A stretch of DNA of 64,000 nt from Vicugna vicugna (taxonomy: Eukaryota): assembly GCA_013265495.1 (NCBI GenBank), contig MU057377.1, forward strand, positions 248,001-312,000, in the 5' to 3' direction. Below the pieces are notes generated by a model. That model was not told where the DNA came from and did no database searches. It was given only the letters and a program-made list of their open reading frames with translations. The translations under genes were made by a program, and so were the position numbers. Position 1 is the stretch's first letter; each line of letters starts with the position of its first letter. Below, piece after piece: positions 62,888 to 64,000 of this stretch.

Positions 62888-63373
62888 AGTAAGTCCAGCG
62901 CCCCAAGCGAGAGCAGCCTAGGCCCACTCTGCAGCGGCTCAGGGGACCAGGCTGAGTGGCACCTGGGGCAGGACGACAGCGCCCTGCACGGCAGGCACCT
63001 GCCCCCCTCACCCAGGAAGCGGCTGTCCTCAGGCGCGGCGACCGAGTCCCTGTTCATCCTGAAGGAGGAGAGCAGGGAAGCACCGGAGAAGCCGGCTCTG
63101 CCGTCGGGGCCCGCTGTGCAGCTGGCCTCGCCCGAGACCGCCACCGCGGAGAGCAGGGACACACTAAGCCAGCCTCCCGATGACCTGCTGGAGCCCAGCC
63201 TCGGACGGCGCTCTTCCACCTTTGTTCCTTGGGAGAAAGAGGGGAGAGGAGCTGAGGATGCGGCAGAAGGTGCCGGACTGCTCCAGGAAGTGGTGTCCCT
63301 GTGTCATATCACATCTGCCTTCCAGCAAGACCTCAACATTTCAGAAGGAAAAACAGGTGGAAACCAAGCCTGA
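62888..63373 (+). CDS. DENND1B: DENND1B last coding exon: SKSSAPSESSLGPLCSGSGDQAEWHLGQDDSALHGRHLPPSPRKR...FQQDLNISEGKTGGNQA*
   Basis: Acceptor ttccttccctcAG|AGT; 161 codons plus TGA at 63371-63373; same frame as ORF 63116..63373. Confidence 0.95.
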   Translation, partial: SKSSAPSESSLGPLCSGSGDQAEWHLGQDDSALHGRHLPPSPRKRLSSGAATESLFILKEESREAPEKPALPSGPAVQLASPETATAESRDTLSQPPDDLLEPSLGRRSSTFVPWEKEGRGAEDAAEGAGLLQEVVSLCHITSAFQQDLNISEGKTGGNQA

Positions 63374-64000
63374 ATCAGCAGTGAGAGTCGGACACTTGAC
63401 CCAGCGCCGCCGGAGGCGTGGGAGGCCCCGGGGTAAATCTGCATCAGCAGCAGTGCTGTGCAGGAATGACCGCTGTCACTGCTGCCTGCAAGTTACCTGT
63501 CCTTTGGAGCGTTCACTTCCCCATCTCGTTCCCCTTGTGTGTAGATTAGCCCTTAATTCTTAAATGTAAAGCTAATTGTTCCATGTGCTCTTGAATCAGG
63601 TACTAGTTTGTACGTATGTTGGAAGTATATACTGAACACATGATTTCCCAGTATTTGGTGCTTAATGCCACCTCGCTTGTTTAAGCTAGTCTGTGTGTGT
63701 GACCCTTGCACATAACCAGTAGCTCCTGCACTAACCTGGTTGAACGTGAACTGGCCGAGATCTCAAAACCTCTCAGAAGTAGCCCGAAACTGCTGAGAGT
63801 GTCAACCCACTCATTGCCTTAATCTTAAGCCTATATATTAAGCATACTTACATAATTTATGGAAATACATATAAATTTTGAAAGATAAGTTATAAGTGTT
63901 CTGCGGAGCAATAATGCCTTTTTCTAGTCATTGAGTCAAGGACAAAAAATTCATTTTTTCGAAGTTAAAAAGCTCTCTTGTGGACACTGCAGCCATGTTT
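63374..64000 (+). other. DENND1B: Start of the DENND1B 3'UTR; probably continues beyond the window
   Basis: Directly follows the stop codon; no AATAAA seen before the window ends. Confidence 0.8.

Larger units (their letters stand above)
7023..63373 (+). other. DENND1B: DENND1B (connecdenn 2) gene, 3' portion: 10 coding exons, 458 aa; the 5' exons lie upstream of the window
   Basis: Exons of 126, 102, 91, 41, 69, 57, 108, 80, 217 and 486 nt have AG/GT boundaries and compatible phases (0,0,1,0,0,0,0,2,0). They join into one open frame matching recalled human DENND1B (VSALKNKLKKQSTATGDGVARAFLRAQAALFGSYRDALRYKPGEPITFCEESF...DLLGEILDTLSTHSSDQGKL...SSTFVPWEKEG). Confidence 0.96.

Noticed and set aside
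62884..63219. 111-aa antisense ORF over the last exon
   Set aside because: It is a shadow ORF expected from GC-rich sense codons, with no independent evidence.

Overview
This is mammalian genomic DNA, probably a camelid, judging by a tRNA-derived SINE at 36.4 kb and young L1 3' tails. The window holds the 3' half of DENND1B (connecdenn 2, a Rab35 GEF) on the + strand. Ten coding exons with canonical AG/GT boundaries splice into one uninterrupted 458-aa C-terminal frame ending at TGA 63373, followed by the start of the 3'UTR. The introns contain ordinary mammalian repeats (L1, L2, MIR, MER3/MER5/MER33, an MLT2 LTR). No prokaryote-type system (CRISPR, operon) is present, and I found no clearly new gene or system. 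Five things stand out. (1) Sharp GC/CpG-rich patches overwrite recognisable ancient repeats and the last exons, consistent with GC-biased gene conversion. (2) One patch forms an intronic CpG island next to a 7 x 53-bp minisatellite. (3) A 134-bp local segment has been copied into a young L1 tail with microhomology at both junctions. (4) A compact STAT/BCL6, NF-kB, ETS and E-box motif cluster sits near 0.7 kb. (5) There are candidate short or alternative DENND1B isoforms. Gene and repeat names come from recalled sequences, not database searches, and repeat boundaries are approximate.
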